A stretch of 63,190 nucleotides of DNA, filler included, from Octopus bimaculoides (GCF_001194135.2; 8 parts of 7 records of this genome joined end to end with filler, not necessarily neighbours in it), one strand, 5' to 3'; shown: positions 23,601-37,064, numbered from the whole stretch's first letter. Notes: generated by a model from the sequence alone, not told the origin. Numbers and translations: made by a program.

Positions 23601-24262
23601 AATAAAATTAAAACTAAATAATGGGTTAATAATGATGGTTTCTTTTATTTACCACGGAGGCATCAGATGAGGAGAATATTACAAGGAAGATTTTACAATT
23701 TGCATGGGGGTTTAATAATGGTTTCTAATTTAGGCACAAGGCCAGCAATTTTGAGAGGAGGTGGCAATCAATGCCATCAAATTCATTACTCACTCATACT
23801 TCCTCAACTCCAAAGGGATGAAAGGCAGAGTTGAAATATACATGCACTTAAGAGTTTTCATCAACTAATCTACCAAATTTTATGCACAAGTTTTTGCTTG
23901 GTATGTGACTATAGTAGATGATGACTGGCCAAGGTACCATGCAGTGGAGTGAAACCTGCAGAGGGAATTTTTTAATTAAACAACCACAGTTGCACTCATA
24001 CAGGCTATGGGTGCATCTATTTTTTAATTCTTAATTCTTAAGTTTTCTTTAAAAAAAATAATGTAAGAAACAAAGAATTTTATTCCTCTCAATCTAAATA
24101 CAGAACCTCCCAATCCCTCCCTACAGCTGTAACATTAAGCAAGATTATTATCAACTAAATATAATCTAAAAGAAGAATCCATAACAAGGCCAGATAAAAT
24201 ATAAAATTTCATAAACATTAAAACATGCAGTGAAGGCAGAAAACTGGCAGAATCATTAGCCA

Positions 24263-24349
24263 TACTATTAAGAAATACTATTAAGAAATACTATTAAGAA
24301 ATACTATTAAGAAATACTATTAAGAAATACTATTAAGAAATACTATTAA
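24263..24349 (+). repeat. 13-bp tandem repeat TACTATTAAGAAA, about 6.7 copies
   Basis: Read directly; follows a family B SINE head fragment (CTGGCAGAATCATTAGC). Confidence 0.95.
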
Positions 24350-25329
24350 ATCTATTTAATAGTAATATTTAACCCTTTAGCATTTAAATCAGCCACACCC
24401 AGCCAAAATATTCTACCTGTTTTATGTTCACATTATCTACACACCAACCATATAATATCATTCTAAAAATTAATAATTACCTCATCAAAATCTCACAGCT
24501 ACAAGATAATGCATAATTAATTCAAAACAATGTGAATAAAAAAGAATTTTGACAGAATAATGTGAATGCTAAAGGGTTAATAATATTAAATTCCAACATC
24601 TAAGCAGATGGGAAATTATTTTGATGTCTTAATAATATCAGAAAAAATTTAAAATAACTGCCATTCAATCAGATCCTAGCAACCTATAGATCAAATAATT
24701 AATCTTCTTGAAATGTTGGAGAAAAAATTTATGGCAATAAATTACTTCTGTCTGTGGGACAAAAACTATTCCCCCCAAATTTCAGTTTAGATTTTGAATA
24801 GATAAAAATACTGAAAAATATTAACACAAAATGTCATTAATCAAAAATTCTAAACAAATGAAAAAGAAAAAAAAAAACCTGTTTGATCTTTTCAGATATA
24901 AATGGAGCCTACAGTTTATGCTTTTCTAATTAGAAAATTACACCATTATAAATTCCCAACTATAATTGTAATTGGGCTGCTAGTTTTTTCATATCAAAAT
25001 GCAAAACTATTTTTTCATAATAAAGCAAGTCAAATTATAAATAAATCTACTCCAATGTCTTTCCTAACAATTCTCCAATTTCTTCCATTTTATTTTTATT
25101 CTTTCTGACAAATTTGTTATTGCTTTCTATAAAATTGTGCAAGTGTCATGGTTTGGCTGATAATGTCAGCGTATATACTTCATCCAAATATCATTGATAT
25201 CAATAAAGATATATGCAGCTCAATCAATTGCAAGAAAATCAGTAAGCAAAAATGGTAACAATCTTATCATTCTAAATTAATTTTCATAAACTGCACATCT
25301 GTCAATTATCAATATTTAGAAACACAAAA

Positions 25330-25555
25330 GGCAGGGAGCTGGCTGAATCGTTAGCATGGTGAGCAAAACACTTAGCAGCATTTCGTTTATCTTTACGTTC
25401 TTAATGCAAGTTCTACCAAGGTTGACTTTGTTTTTATCCTTTTGGGGTTGATAAAATAAGTACCAGCGAAGCACTGGGGTTGATGTAATCAACTTATCCT
25501 CTCTCCTGAAACTGCTAACCTTGTGTCAAAATTTGAAACCAATATTAAGAAACAT
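25330..25555 (+). mobile_element. SINE family B
   Basis: GGCAGGGAGCTGGCTGAATCGTTAGCATGG...AAAATAAGTACCAG...GATGTAATC. Confidence 0.85.
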
Positions 25556-26029
25556 TTAATGAATCAATTATCAACACTCATTATTATCATCATCATTTAA
25601 AGTTCATACTCTATGCTGGCATACGTTGGACAGTTTGACAGGATCTGATGGGTCCAAGGACTGCATCATGCTGCAGTATTTGCTTTGCTACAACTTCTAC
25701 AGATGAGTACCCTTCATAATACTAACCACTTAACAGCTTCATTCAAGTTGCTCTGCTGCTTAGGAGGCTACAGACACGAAGTGAAGGAGGAGGGAGACTA
25801 CAACATCAAGTTGGAGACCATGAATCCCAAGGGGGAACATTATGATGAATTCTGAGGAGGGAAAACAATACAAATGGAAATTAAGTATTAAACATTAAAC
25901 TTTTTGGTGCATGGTAACCGCCTGAAACCATTCCTGATTCCATGATACAAACTTCATTTTTAAAAAAAAGCTAAATTAAACTTTCCCTCAAAATTTCCTG
26001 TTAAATATATATTTCAAACACCTACTTAA

Positions 26030-26225
26030 TAATGGTTTCACATTTTGGCACAAGGCCAGATCAATTATATTGACCCCAGCACTCAACTGGTACTTATTTT
26101 ATTGAACCTCAAAGGATGAAATGCAATGTCAAACTCAGTGGGATTTGAACTCAGAATGTAAAGGCAGACAAAATGCTACTAAGTATTTTGCCCAGCATGC
26201 TAACGATTCTGCCAGCTTGCTATTT
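26030..26225 (-). mobile_element. SINE family B
   Basis: Reverse complement of the family B consensus. Confidence 0.8.
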
Positions 26226-28008
26226 TGAAACACCTACTTGATAATGTCAGTTATTTTAACTAAATTCTTCATCATTTTCAAAAGAAAATTATTTGAAAGA
26301 AAAGCAGTATATTTCAACAGAAATATAGCAACAATAGGGTTAAAATGGGAACTCATGCACACCATGAAAAAGAAAAAAAGAACTCCAATACAGCAGTCTT
26401 AATAATCATGTTGAAAAATCGATGTTTACTAAATAAACACTTGATTCAAGGGAGTTATCAAAGCTCAATTTTTATGTAGTAGTTGGGTATGAGGAGATAC
26501 TAGTAATGCTTATCTTCAGGTTATTGAAAAATTTTGTAGTCAAATTGCAAAAATTATATGAGGCTGTTGAAAACTGCACATACCAAAATAGCTGCTTTTT
26601 CATAAAGCCAAATTAACTTCTCATTTAATAACAGAAGAATAGAAAGAAGTATTAAGTGGTAACCACTTGATTTAAACAAACAAAAAAAATGCGATATGAT
26701 GTTTAACAACTTTCTTTAGAAAAAAAATCTTTAAATAATTAGATTTTTAAAAAATCAAAAATGAGCAACATCAATAGTCAATCAATCAGATTGATTAAGA
26801 TCTGGGTCAGTTATACAGATAGGTCAAATTCAAACAATGGAGAATGATGTGAAGTATTTGGAATTTTCAACATACTAATAAAAAAAAATACCAGAATATC
26901 AGCTTTAAATTACATGAATATACAGTAGATGATTGAAGTGTTGGTGAGGAATAACATCATTAGAGTCTGCTTAAGAAATACCATCGTACCATAGGGAAGA
27001 ATTGTTTCTTGTATTATTTTTATTCTTCTTGGATTGGTAATTTATCTAAACTAAAAATATTTCACTCAAGAAAACAAATTGACGTTAAAAGCACTGAAAG
27101 TATGCTGTTAAAAATAGATAATTATTTATTTGAAAATAATAAAGCAATAAAAATGATATAGATACTAGGTCATAAAAGATATGGGAAGCAAAGAAACAAG
27201 AAAGGAGGTGAATTGGAAAAAAAATTGAGTGCATATTGAAATAAGCTATAGATTACACGGAAACTATTGTGGTTCATAGAAATGTTGATTTTTATGATCC
27301 ATTTTGAGTGCTGCATTTTAAATCAACCCCTCCTCTCTCCTGGCCCCAACCCCTCCACCCTCACACTCTATAGCCTACTAATTTCATAGATATTTTACTT
27401 CCTTGTTTCTGTCACTCTCTGGGATAATATCTATAAAAGAAGAATCTCTGTATCTGTGCTATCAATTGTTCAATAAATCAAGTTATTTCAATATTACACT
27501 TTGCCCTAGGTACTTGCTTTGTAGTTTATTTGTACTATAACATTCAAACAAACAAAACACATATGGGGTTTAAAAAAGAAAAAAAAACACTGTACAATAA
27601 CATCAACTTGAGAAAAGTACAGATCTTTCCACAACAGCAGTATGAGGTGCAGTCTTTGTTCAGCAGAAAAAAGAACTATATTGAAGAATTTCCTCCACCT
27701 AGGAGGTTACTGGAACTCTAAAGGCAAGGTATTTTCCTCTTCTCCTCACAAATGGAAATATCAGCCAACTGATAGGGTACACCCTAAGAGCAAGAGCTGG
27801 TTCTTCCTCCATTAGTACACCCTTCATCATAAGGAGTTCATCTCTCTTAGCACTTGTGCACACCCGCACATATATGCAACCACACATGCCCCTCAAAAAA
27901 AAAACCCTTCCCACTCCTATCCCTCACTTTTCTTACACTCTCTATCTTACTATTCTCGACTGACCTTCTTCACCTCACCTCCTGTTCATCCCACTATCAC
28001 ATATATAT

Positions 28009-29135
28009 ATTTGGTCATCAAGTATGAAATTTGTAGAAAAGAAAAAAGTTTGCTAATGTTTTATAAATACAAGGAATAGTTTTATTCATTAAAGTATGCA
28101 CAGATATTGTCAATATACTTTTGCCATTTCAGTGGTAGCTTGTCCAGCCTGGAAATGTAAAAGCCTGGCAATCTAGAGTCAATAAAATCTTGGAAGGTCT
28201 GTTTTACAGCATAGTCGGAATTAAATTTTTTTTCCTATCAAAAAATTATCCAAATTCTGGAAGAAGTGGTAGTCAGGTGAGTATGGTGGATGATGGAGAA
28301 CTTCCAACTCCAACTCCTGTAGTTTTGCCAATGACATTTTTATATGTGTGGTCTGGCATTGTCTTACAATAAAATAGGAGTGGATCTGTTGACCAATCTA
28401 GGCTGTTTTCTTGTAAGTTTCTGCATCATTTGGTCCAGTTGGCTGCAGTATACTTTGGCCGTGATTGATGAGCCAGGTTTAATGAAATCATAATGGATCA
28501 CATTTGCGCCAGACCACCACCTTCGCCAAACACACACCATCAGCTTCTTTTGATGAATTTTGCTTTTTGGATTGTGTTTTGGTGGCTTGTCTTTATCCAA
28601 CCATTGTGCTGAACATTTACGGTTGTTGTATTGGATCCATTTCTCATCACATGTTATAATTCGATTAAAAAATGATTCGTTTTTGTGATGAGAAAGTAGC
28701 ATAATGCAGGCTTCCAAATATTACTGTTTCTAATTTTCATTGAATTCATGTGGAACCCACTTATCCAACTTTTTCACTTTACCGATTTGAATTAGGTGAG
28801 TCAATATTGTTTGCTTGCTAACACCAAACAACAACGACAATAATTCAGAGGCATTTTGAGATGGATCTGACTTGACGGTGGCTTTCAGTTCGTCATTATC
28901 CACCTTTGTTTCTGGTCGACTGCATTGCTCATTTGTGAGGTCAAAGTTACCAGAACAAAATTTTGCAAATCAACTTGATACTGTCTTCTGTGTAATAACA
29001 GTAGAATGAAATACTCCATTAATATTCCGAGCTGTCTGTGATGCTGTATTTTCAAGAAAGAACTCATATTTCAAAGCTGTATTTATTTCCGACTTATCCA
29101 TCTCTAAACAAAAATAGCAAACAACAATTTAGAAA
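28009..29135 (-). mobile_element. Decayed mariner transposon (Mos1/Hsmar-like DD34D transposase)
   Basis: Peptide FFNRIITCDEKWIQYNNRKCSAQWLDKDKPPKHNPKSKIHQKKLMVCVW...ITAKVYCSQLDQM...ILL. The left end CAAGTATGAAAT resembles a mariner TIR core. Confidence 0.9.
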
Positions 29136-30579
29136 TCTTAATATATAAAGCTGAAGTTGTGTGTCTGTGTGAAGCCTTTTTAAAAGTTTATAGAAATCCA
29201 CATTTTCCACTTTTTCGTAAAAATTTTTACATCAATGGAATTTTCTTGATGCAAACTTTCCAGTGCAGTAGTTAGATTTTTAAAATTTCGTTTACTTTGT
29301 GTGATTTAAGGGAGATTTGGCTGTTGTTTCTAGCAACTTTTATATTTCTTCCCTTCTACCTGGAACAGCGTTCTTACACACGCGCTCAACCAAGAGAGAA
29401 AGTGATACATACAACGTCATAGATTAAACTTTCTTCTCAGTATTCTTTACTTATTTTTCATAACATTGATACGTAAAAACACACACAACCACACATACGT
29501 AATCTGTGACAACAACATACACATTGCTCCAGTTCTCTATCTCTCCCTCTTCCTCTCTCAAACGCATANNNNNNNNNNNNNNNNNNNNNNNNNNNNNNNN
29601 NNNNNNNNNNNNNNNNNNNNNNNNNNNNNNNNNNNNNNNNNNNNNNNNNNNNNNNNNNNNNNNNNNNNNNNNNNNNNNNNNNNNNNNNNNNNNNNNNNNN
29701 NNNNNNNNNNNNNNNNNNNNNNNNNNNNNNNNNNNNNNNNNNNNNNNNNNNNNNNNNNNNNNNNNNNNNNNNNNNNNNNNNNNNNNNNNNNNNNNNNNNN
29801 NNNNNNNNNNNNNNNNNNNNNNNNNNNNNNNNNNNNNNNNNNNNNNNNNNNNNNNNNNNNNNNNNNNNNNNNNNNNNNNNNNNNNNNNNNNNNNNNNNNN
29901 NNNNNNNNNNNNNNNNNNNNNNNNNNNNNNNNNNNNNNNNNNNNNNNNNNNNNNNNNNNNNNNNNNNNNNNNNNNNNNNNNNNNNNNNNNNNNNNNNNNN
30001 NNNNNNNNNNNNNNNNNNNNNNNNNNNNNNNNNNNNNNNNNNNNNNNNNNNNNNNNNNNNNNNNNNNNNNNNNNNNNNNNNNNNNNNNNNNNNNNNNNNN
30101 NNNNNNNNNNNNNNNNNNNNNNNNNNNNNNNNNNNNNNNNNNNNNNNNNNNNNNNNNNNNNNNNNNNNNNNNNNNNNNNNNNNNNNNNNNNNNNNNNNNN
30201 NNNNNNNNNNNNNNNNNNNNNNNNNNNNNNNNNNNNNNNNNNNNNNNNNNNNNNNNNNNNNNNNNNNNNNNNNNNCGTCCTATCTCCTGCGAAAAGGGAT
30301 TACCCTGCTATGTATAATCAGGGCAGCGCAAAAAGTTGTTTTGCACAAGCATTTCTATAGCCAATTAGATGGATGAAATTTACGTACGCTTATTAATGTT
30401 ACACAAAACAGCCTTCAGACTTTCCCTATTAATATCATCGTCTTTTGAATTATGAACATATTTACATCATAAGGGTTTTTCATTGTACGGCTTTCTTTTT
30501 TAGTTGATTTTCACCTAGCAAGACTTATCGTAGATGGCGTAATAAGTCACACCCAGACAAGGTCGGGTTATACTGCTAG
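29136..30579 (+). mobile_element. Putative non-autonomous Helitron spanning a gap
   Basis: 5' end A|TCTTAATATATAAAG. 3' end has the subterminal hairpin CCCAGAC-AAG-GTCGGG followed by CTAG|T. The two ends may belong to different copies. Confidence 0.5.
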
Positions 30580-30670
30580 TACTTTATAAAGTGCAAAATG
30601 AGTTAGGATAAAGAAATAGATGTGTCAGCTTCCTAACAAAAAATAAAGATTGTCAAAATATAATAATGGT

Positions 30671-31080
30671 GCAGGAGTGGATGTGTAGTAAATAGCTTGC
30701 TTACCAACCACATGGTTCCGGGTTCAGTCCCACTGTGTGGCACCTTGGGCAAGTGTCTTCTGCTATAGCCTCGGGCTGACCAAAGCCTTGTGAGTGGATT
30801 TGGTAGACAGAAACTGAAAGAAGCCCATCGTATACATGTATATGTATATATATATGTGTGTGTGTTTGTGTGTCTGTGTTTGTCCCCTCCCCCATCATCA
30901 CTTGACAACCGATGCTGGTGTGATTACGTTCCCGTAACTTAGCTGTTCGGCAAGAGAGACTGATAGAATAAGTATTAGGCTTACAAAGAATAAGTCCTGG
31001 GGTCGATTTGCTTGACTAAAGGTGGTGCTCCAGCATGGCTGCAGTCAAATGACTGAAACAAGTAAAAGAGTAAAAGAGAA
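30671..31080 (+). mobile_element. Full-length SINE family A
   Basis: Complete head, body and tail through GACTGAAACAAGTAAAAGAGTAAAAGAG. Confidence 0.9.
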
Positions 31081-32117
31081 TGGCACAAAATAAGCAGCTG
31101 TCAAAGTTTACCATATACCTTACTATAAATTTCATACTTGACCTAATACAACGAACTGAGGTGGATAATTTCCACTTGGATGCTAACATTCAAGCCACTG
31201 GCTAAAGGAATAATTCTGATGGTCGTAAGAGCCAGACTTGTTTCTTTTTTGACAGTGTGTTCTTTGTATTTTCTCATTTATAAGTTTTTTTTTATAATAT
31301 CTCTGAAACCCTTAAAACAGATGTAGCAGTCTGAGACTACCAATAACAAAAACTCCAAACTATACTTTCCCAAAGTTCTTCCATAACAGATATTTGCTCT
31401 TATGAGACTAAATCAACATTATAAATAATCTACACATACACACACAATAGGCTTGCGTACAGTTTCTATGAACCAAAATTCACTCATAAGACGATGCCCA
31501 ACAAAGAAGGCATCCTGTAGTGGGATTGAACCTGAAAGTGTGTGATGACAAAGTGAGCATCTTAATCATACAGCAATGCCTTCTCTAGCGCAGCATATCT
31601 GCAGTATGCATATATATGTATGTGTGCACGCACACACACATGCAGTGTTTGTGATCATTCAAACAATTTTGCGGATGAATATGAAAGATGACAGGTGTTA
31701 TGTCCACAGAAATTCTCACTGGTTAAAGTTAGTCACATGGATGAATTTGTTGCAGAATGGTGAACCACTGTTCTTATAAAGGGAGGATGAAACAACTTAG
31801 TCCAAGGTTATTCCTGTCATAGGTAATTACTGTGCTAACCTGGATCTAACTAGCTACAGATGCTGAGTTCTGTGAATTGTGGCATTCAGGCATCTAGAAA
31901 TTTGAAAGTTACTCAGGAAGTACCACCATTGGAGTATTCTTTTTTTTTCCTTTCTTTGTTATAGATATTTTAAATTTCTGGTTAAGAGATGTCACCAATT
32001 GCTTCAAGATTTGGAAATTTTCAGTTCAGAGTCTACATTAATTGTGCAATATGGACCCAGCAATGATGTTCTATAAAAATCTCTGGTCCTTGGACTCAGA
32101 GTTTCTAGATGAGTTGT

Positions 32118-32477
32118 AGGTAGAGGGCTGAGAGAAAATTGTTCCTCAGTATCATTGTTTTTTTCTGCCAAGCAGAATCTGGAACACCTATTGCTATTGA
32201 AGTAAGGCTTACACTTCTTCAGTATTCTTCAGTTGATGCTGTAATCTGCAGCACTTTCTTTCATAGGCATATATGCTTAGCTAGAGCTGCGACATTTTGC
32301 CTCTCCTAGATATTAATGAAGGACTTGTAGTTGTTAAATCTGGTCCTGAAATAGGACCTTCTGTCACTCTCACATATTTCCATATGTAAGTCTACTTACT
32401 GGGATCCTTTGACATCACCTTTCCCTCATATACAATGGTCTCTGTGTTGCATTGGCTATTAAGTGGCTATGTGCTGT
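32118..32477 (-). mobile_element. Penelope-like GIY-YIG endonuclease fragment
   Basis: Minus strand gives PLNSQCNTETIVYEGKV...YVRVTEGP..RFNNYKSF...ALAKHI; inverted copy of 33157-33490. Confidence 0.75.
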
Positions 32478-32839
32478 GTAATCCAAATGAGGGGGCTTGT
32501 TAAAGAAAGCAACCCTTGAAAGTGTTTACCAGCATATAATTTGACTTAACTAACAGAAACAACCTGAGAAGTAACTCTTCAGATAGGTCATAATTTTCAT
32601 ATTTGTCCATTGTATCACCTGAAGGGTCATAGCATATACCATGTGTGTGTGTGTATGTACAAGCAATCACCTCATACCAAGTAATCAGAAGGAATCAGTG
32701 ATATTAATCAATGTATATGTTAATGTATAAGCATGGCTGTGTAGTTAAGACATTTGCTTCTTAACTACACAATGGTTTTGAGTTCAGTTCCACTGCACAG
32801 CACTTTTGGCATGGGTCTTCTACAATAGAACCAAAGCTC

Positions 32840-32893
<54 letters not shown>

Positions 32894-32949
32894 TTCACAT
32901 TTGCACTTCTCCAAGAATCATTGAGCTTTAAGTGGTGATTTCCTCTGTC

Positions 32950-33560
32950 AACAAATCATCTGCTGGTTTTGGGCTTTCAAAGATATGTGAAATAAGAAAT
33001 CCCTTGAAAAACAGATAAGGCAGCTGGCTATAAAACAATGTCTCAATAATATGGTCATGTCACTCATGCTAACAGGTATGAACCTACCTACTAAGATTTC
33101 CTTTATACAAGGTAAGCCCATACCTGAAACAGAAGCTGGATGCTTGTGCATAGGTAACAGCACATGTTCATTTAATGGCCAATACAACACAGAGACCATT
33201 GTATATGATGTCAAAGAATCCCAGTAAGCAGGCTGATATGCAAAAATATGTGAGTGTGACAGAACATCCCTTCAGGACCAGATTTAACAATTACAAGTTC
33301 TCCTTTAATATCTGGGAGAGGCAAAATATCACAGCTCTAGCTAAGTGTATATACCTATGAAAGAAAGTGCTGCATATTACAGCATCAACTGAAGATGTAT
33401 AAGCCTCACTTCAATAGCAATAAGAGTTGCAGACTCTGTCTGGAAGAGAAAAGAATGATACTGAAAAAATTTTCTCTCATCTATCTACCTAAGCTATAAA
33501 AATGAAATCTTCTAATCTTGCACTCATGAACAGAGATATACTAGGAAACTGGAGGACCAC
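32950..33560 (+). mobile_element. Penelope-like 3' fragment (linker plus GIY-YIG endonuclease)
   Basis: KYVSVTEHPFRTRFNNYKFSFNIWERQNITALAKCIY and CRLCLEEKRMIL are typical of Penelope-like GIY-YIG domains. Confidence 0.8.
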
Positions 33561-33875
33561 ACCATGAAATAAATATTGGAACATTATACTATCAGTATTT
33601 CCCATCACTACAGTCTGGGGATTAAGCACAAGGTTTACCACACCCAGCCTATTATATACATGCACACACATTCATGTCTACACATAATGTTAAGATTGAC
33701 TTTTCTTACCTCATCCCCACTTTCTGACCTCCCCACTGCATGCATATCGATCCCCATCCTACCCACACCATGCTGGTCCATCAGAAATTACTGTTGAAAT
33801 GCTTACAATATCTGGTAGAGTAGGATACCACATAGTCAGCTGTATGGTTAATAAGGTTAATTAAGAAGAGTTGTT

Positions 33876-35423
33876 AGAGGTATCAAGTTGTTGGATCAAG
33901 TAATGAAAGTCACGGAGAGGGTCATAGCCCAACTAATTAGGGAGAGAGTCAGTTTAGATGAGGTGCAGTTTGGGTTCGTGCCTGGGAAAAGCACCACTGA
34001 TGCTATATTTCTGGTAAGACAGCTGCAGGAGAAATACCTAGCCAAAGATAAACCTCTGTACCTGGCTTTCGTTGACATGGAGAAAGCCTTTGACAGGGTC
34101 CCCCGATCCCTCATCTGGTGGTCAATGAGGAAACTAGGGATAGAAGAATGGTTAGTGAGAGCTGTGTGAGCCATATGCAGAGACACTGTCAGTAAGGTGA
34201 GGGTTGGCAACGAGTACAGTGAAGAATTCTGGGTAGAGGTAGGGTTCCACTAAGGTTCAGTCCTCAGCCCCCTCCTATTTATCTTAGTCCTCCAGGAGAT
34301 AACAGAGGAATTCAAGACAGGAAGCCCCTGGGAGCTCCTCTATGCTGATGACCTTGCGCTAATTGCTGAGTCACTATCAGAACTAGAGGAGAAGTTTTAG
34401 GTGTGGAAGCAAGGACTAGAATCAAAGGGCCTTAGAGTCAACCTAGCTAAAACCAAAGTCCTACTAAGTAAGAAGGTAGATAAAACACAAACACCTTCAG
34501 GTAGATGGCCCTGCTTGATCTGTAGAAAGGGCGTAGGTAGAAACTCTATAAGATGTACCCAGTGTAAGCTATGGACACATAAGAGGTGCAGCAATATCAA
34601 AAGAAGGTTAACTAGGGAGTTAGTTTTTGTATGTGGCAGATGTTAAGGAGCAATAAGCACTGAAAAGGTGAAGAAAACAACTTCTGCCACATTCCAGGGA
34701 GAAAAACTAGATGTAGTTGATAGCTTCCACTATCTAGGTGACCAAGTTAGTAGTGGGGGAGGGTGCACTGAAAGTGTAGCTGCTAGAATAAGAATAGCCT
34801 GGGCAAAGTTCAGAGAGATCTTACCTCTGCTGGTGATAAAGGGCCTCTCACTCAGAGTAAAAGGCACACTGTATGATACATATGTACGAAACAGCCATGC
34901 TACATGGCAGTGAAACATGGGCCATGATTGCTGAGGAAATGCGTAGGCTCACAAAGAATGAAGCCAGTATGTTCCAATGGATGTGTAATGTCAGTGTGCA
35001 TACTCGACAGAGTGTAAGTACCTTGAGAGAAAAGTTGAACCTAAGAAGCATCAGTTGTGGTATGCAAGAGAGACGATTGCGCTGGTATGGTCATGTGGCG
35101 AGAATGGATGAGGATAGCTGTGTGAAAAAGTGCCACACCCTAGCGGTTGAGGGAACCTGTGCGAGAGGTAGACCCAGGAAGACCTGGGATGAAGTGGTGA
35201 AGCACGACCTTCGAACATTAGGGCTCACCGAGGCAATGACTTGTGACAGAGACGTTTGGAAATATGCAGTGCATGAGAAGACCCGGCAAGCCAAGTGAGA
35301 CCATAATCCGAGGACTCTGCCATTGGTGTAGCCACCCCACTTATGTGTACCTTCCTTCATTGGACACTAAACTCTGCTTGCGAAGACCTGTCGAGGCAAA
35401 TGAAATCGAAATCGAACCAAATT
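33876..35423 (+). mobile_element. 5'-truncated RTE-clade LINE (RT plus Cys-rich finger), frameshifted
   Basis: QFGFVPGKSTTDAIFLVRQLQEKY...AFVDMEKAFDRVPR, GSVLSP, LLYADDL, CLICRKGVGRNSIRCTQCKLWTHKRC...CGRC, RRLRWYGHVARM, RGRPRKTW; GAAATC-repeat tail before the gap. Confidence 0.92.
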
Positions 35424-35524
35424 TNNNNNNNNNNNNNNNNNNNNNNNNNNNNNNNNNNNNNNNNNNNNTTAATTAATTAANNNNNNNNNNNNNNNNNNNN
35501 NNNNNNNNNNNNNNNNNNNNNNNN

Positions 35525-35770
35525 GTACCTAGGAAAACCTCCAGATGTTTGAAATAATCCGACTGCCCTGCTCCTGTCGGAGCGTAGGCAGCCAGTAGTC
35601 TGAAAGCAGTGCCATCACTACTATCGACGTCCAGGACCACCAACTTACCTTCCAGATCCAGGAAGACTGCCTTTATTTTCAAGTCTAGGCCTTTCCGAAA
35701 TAGCACAGCAGTACCTCCACCGCCCGCTCCCGGCCGACACGGAGATAGGTAAATCTTGTACCCTACACAA
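35525..35770 (-). mobile_element. Tx1-clade LINE apurinic-type endonuclease fragment
   Basis: YLSPCRPGAGGGGTAVLFRKGLDLKIKAVFLDLEGKLVVLDV...FRLLAAYAP resembles L1/Tx1 endonuclease (GxGxAIL...GRxL.L...IxVYAP). Confidence 0.7.
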
Positions 35771-35839
35771 ACACAACTGGATAAGTAGTTATATCTGCTA
35801 GGCAGTATGCCAACACTACATCATAAAAACTAACAAGAA

Positions 35840-36230
35840 CCAGTATAAACATGTACCAAAGAAGGTACATGACAATCATCAGGCCACAATCATTTGGAAT
35901 ATGCCTGTTCAAACCGACAAAGAATCGAAGCTAATCACCCAGGCATAATATTCAAGAAATGAAATAAAGAACACCTGCTTACTGATAGACATTCCAGTCC
36001 CTTCTGGTCAAAATATTACTCAAAAAGATGTGGAAAACTGTCACAGTACAAAGATTTCAAAATTGAAATATTCAAGATGTGCGGTGTGAAGTAATAATTG
36101 GAGCACTGTGTATGATAAAAAGAGTAGAAGCCATAACTAGACCCACAGCACTACACACTATCCAAAAAATAGGCCTACTAGGAACAGCCTTCATCCTATG
36201 CAAGACACCATCAATTCAATAGCACAACCC
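35840..36230 (+). mobile_element. R4/Dong-clade 3' fragment (restriction-like endonuclease)
   Basis: TIIWNMPVQTDK, CLLIDI, QYKDFKIEI and IQKIGLLGTAFIL. Confidence 0.7.
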
Positions 36231-36529
36231 TGAAACATAAGACACATTCTATACAGTAAATATCCAATATGTACTCTACATCCACAACATGTACTCTACA
36301 GGTCAGATACCCAACAGAAGAACACAACTCACATTACACACACTACATACAATACAAACACTAATACAAGAAAAGACTCTAGCCAAACGCCATAAGAAAA
36401 CAAAAAGAAAGAGTTTGTACTCTCCTCAAAACATAAAAACAAGAACACACAATGCTGCACACACCTTAGTAACATGGAGATGTAGCAGGTGATGTAGTAG
36501 AAATTTACCTGAAACTATCAAATGTCAAA

Positions 36530-37018
36530 TAATTACATATTTTGTCTTAGGGCAATCTTTTGCAACAGCAAATATTCTGCTCAATACAACAGATTTGTTT
36601 GTCAGTTGCTTGACTTTAACCATTTGAGCATGTCCCTTGGTGGCTGACGGTATGTACATCTCTGATCATGAGCAGTAGTAGTGGGGGAGCATCATAACCA
36701 TGTGTTGAGAGGAATTCTTTAGGGTTTGAATAATTCACCTTTGGAAACATGGGTGTTTTGCTCAACATCCTTAAACAAGCCTTATTCAGGGACCTTTTCA
36801 GCAGGATGGGCTACTCAACCTGAAGAGAATTCTAATTGGGCCCACCTGCAAGGTCATGAATTGTTTATTTTGATATGAGATCACTATGTCGCACACATAT
36901 GGTTGTGATGCATGTGCCTCATGTTCCCTCATTGAATGGGTGGTCATGATGGGTATTATTGGGCTTTGTATATTTACACCCCAGTGTCACTTTGATGGCA
37001 TGCACTACTCTACCACTC

Positions 37019-37060
<42 letters not shown>
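36530..37060 (+). mobile_element. (TAA)n-tailed interspersed repeat of about 530 bp
   Basis: Homologous over its length to 53750-54325 (-); ends in (AAT)n at 37018-37060. Confidence 0.85.

Positions 37061-37064
<4 letters not shown>

Noticed and set aside
24263-24349. CRISPR-like regular repeat
   Set aside because: There are no spacers, the unit is only 13 bp and the context is eukaryotic; it is a plain minisatellite.
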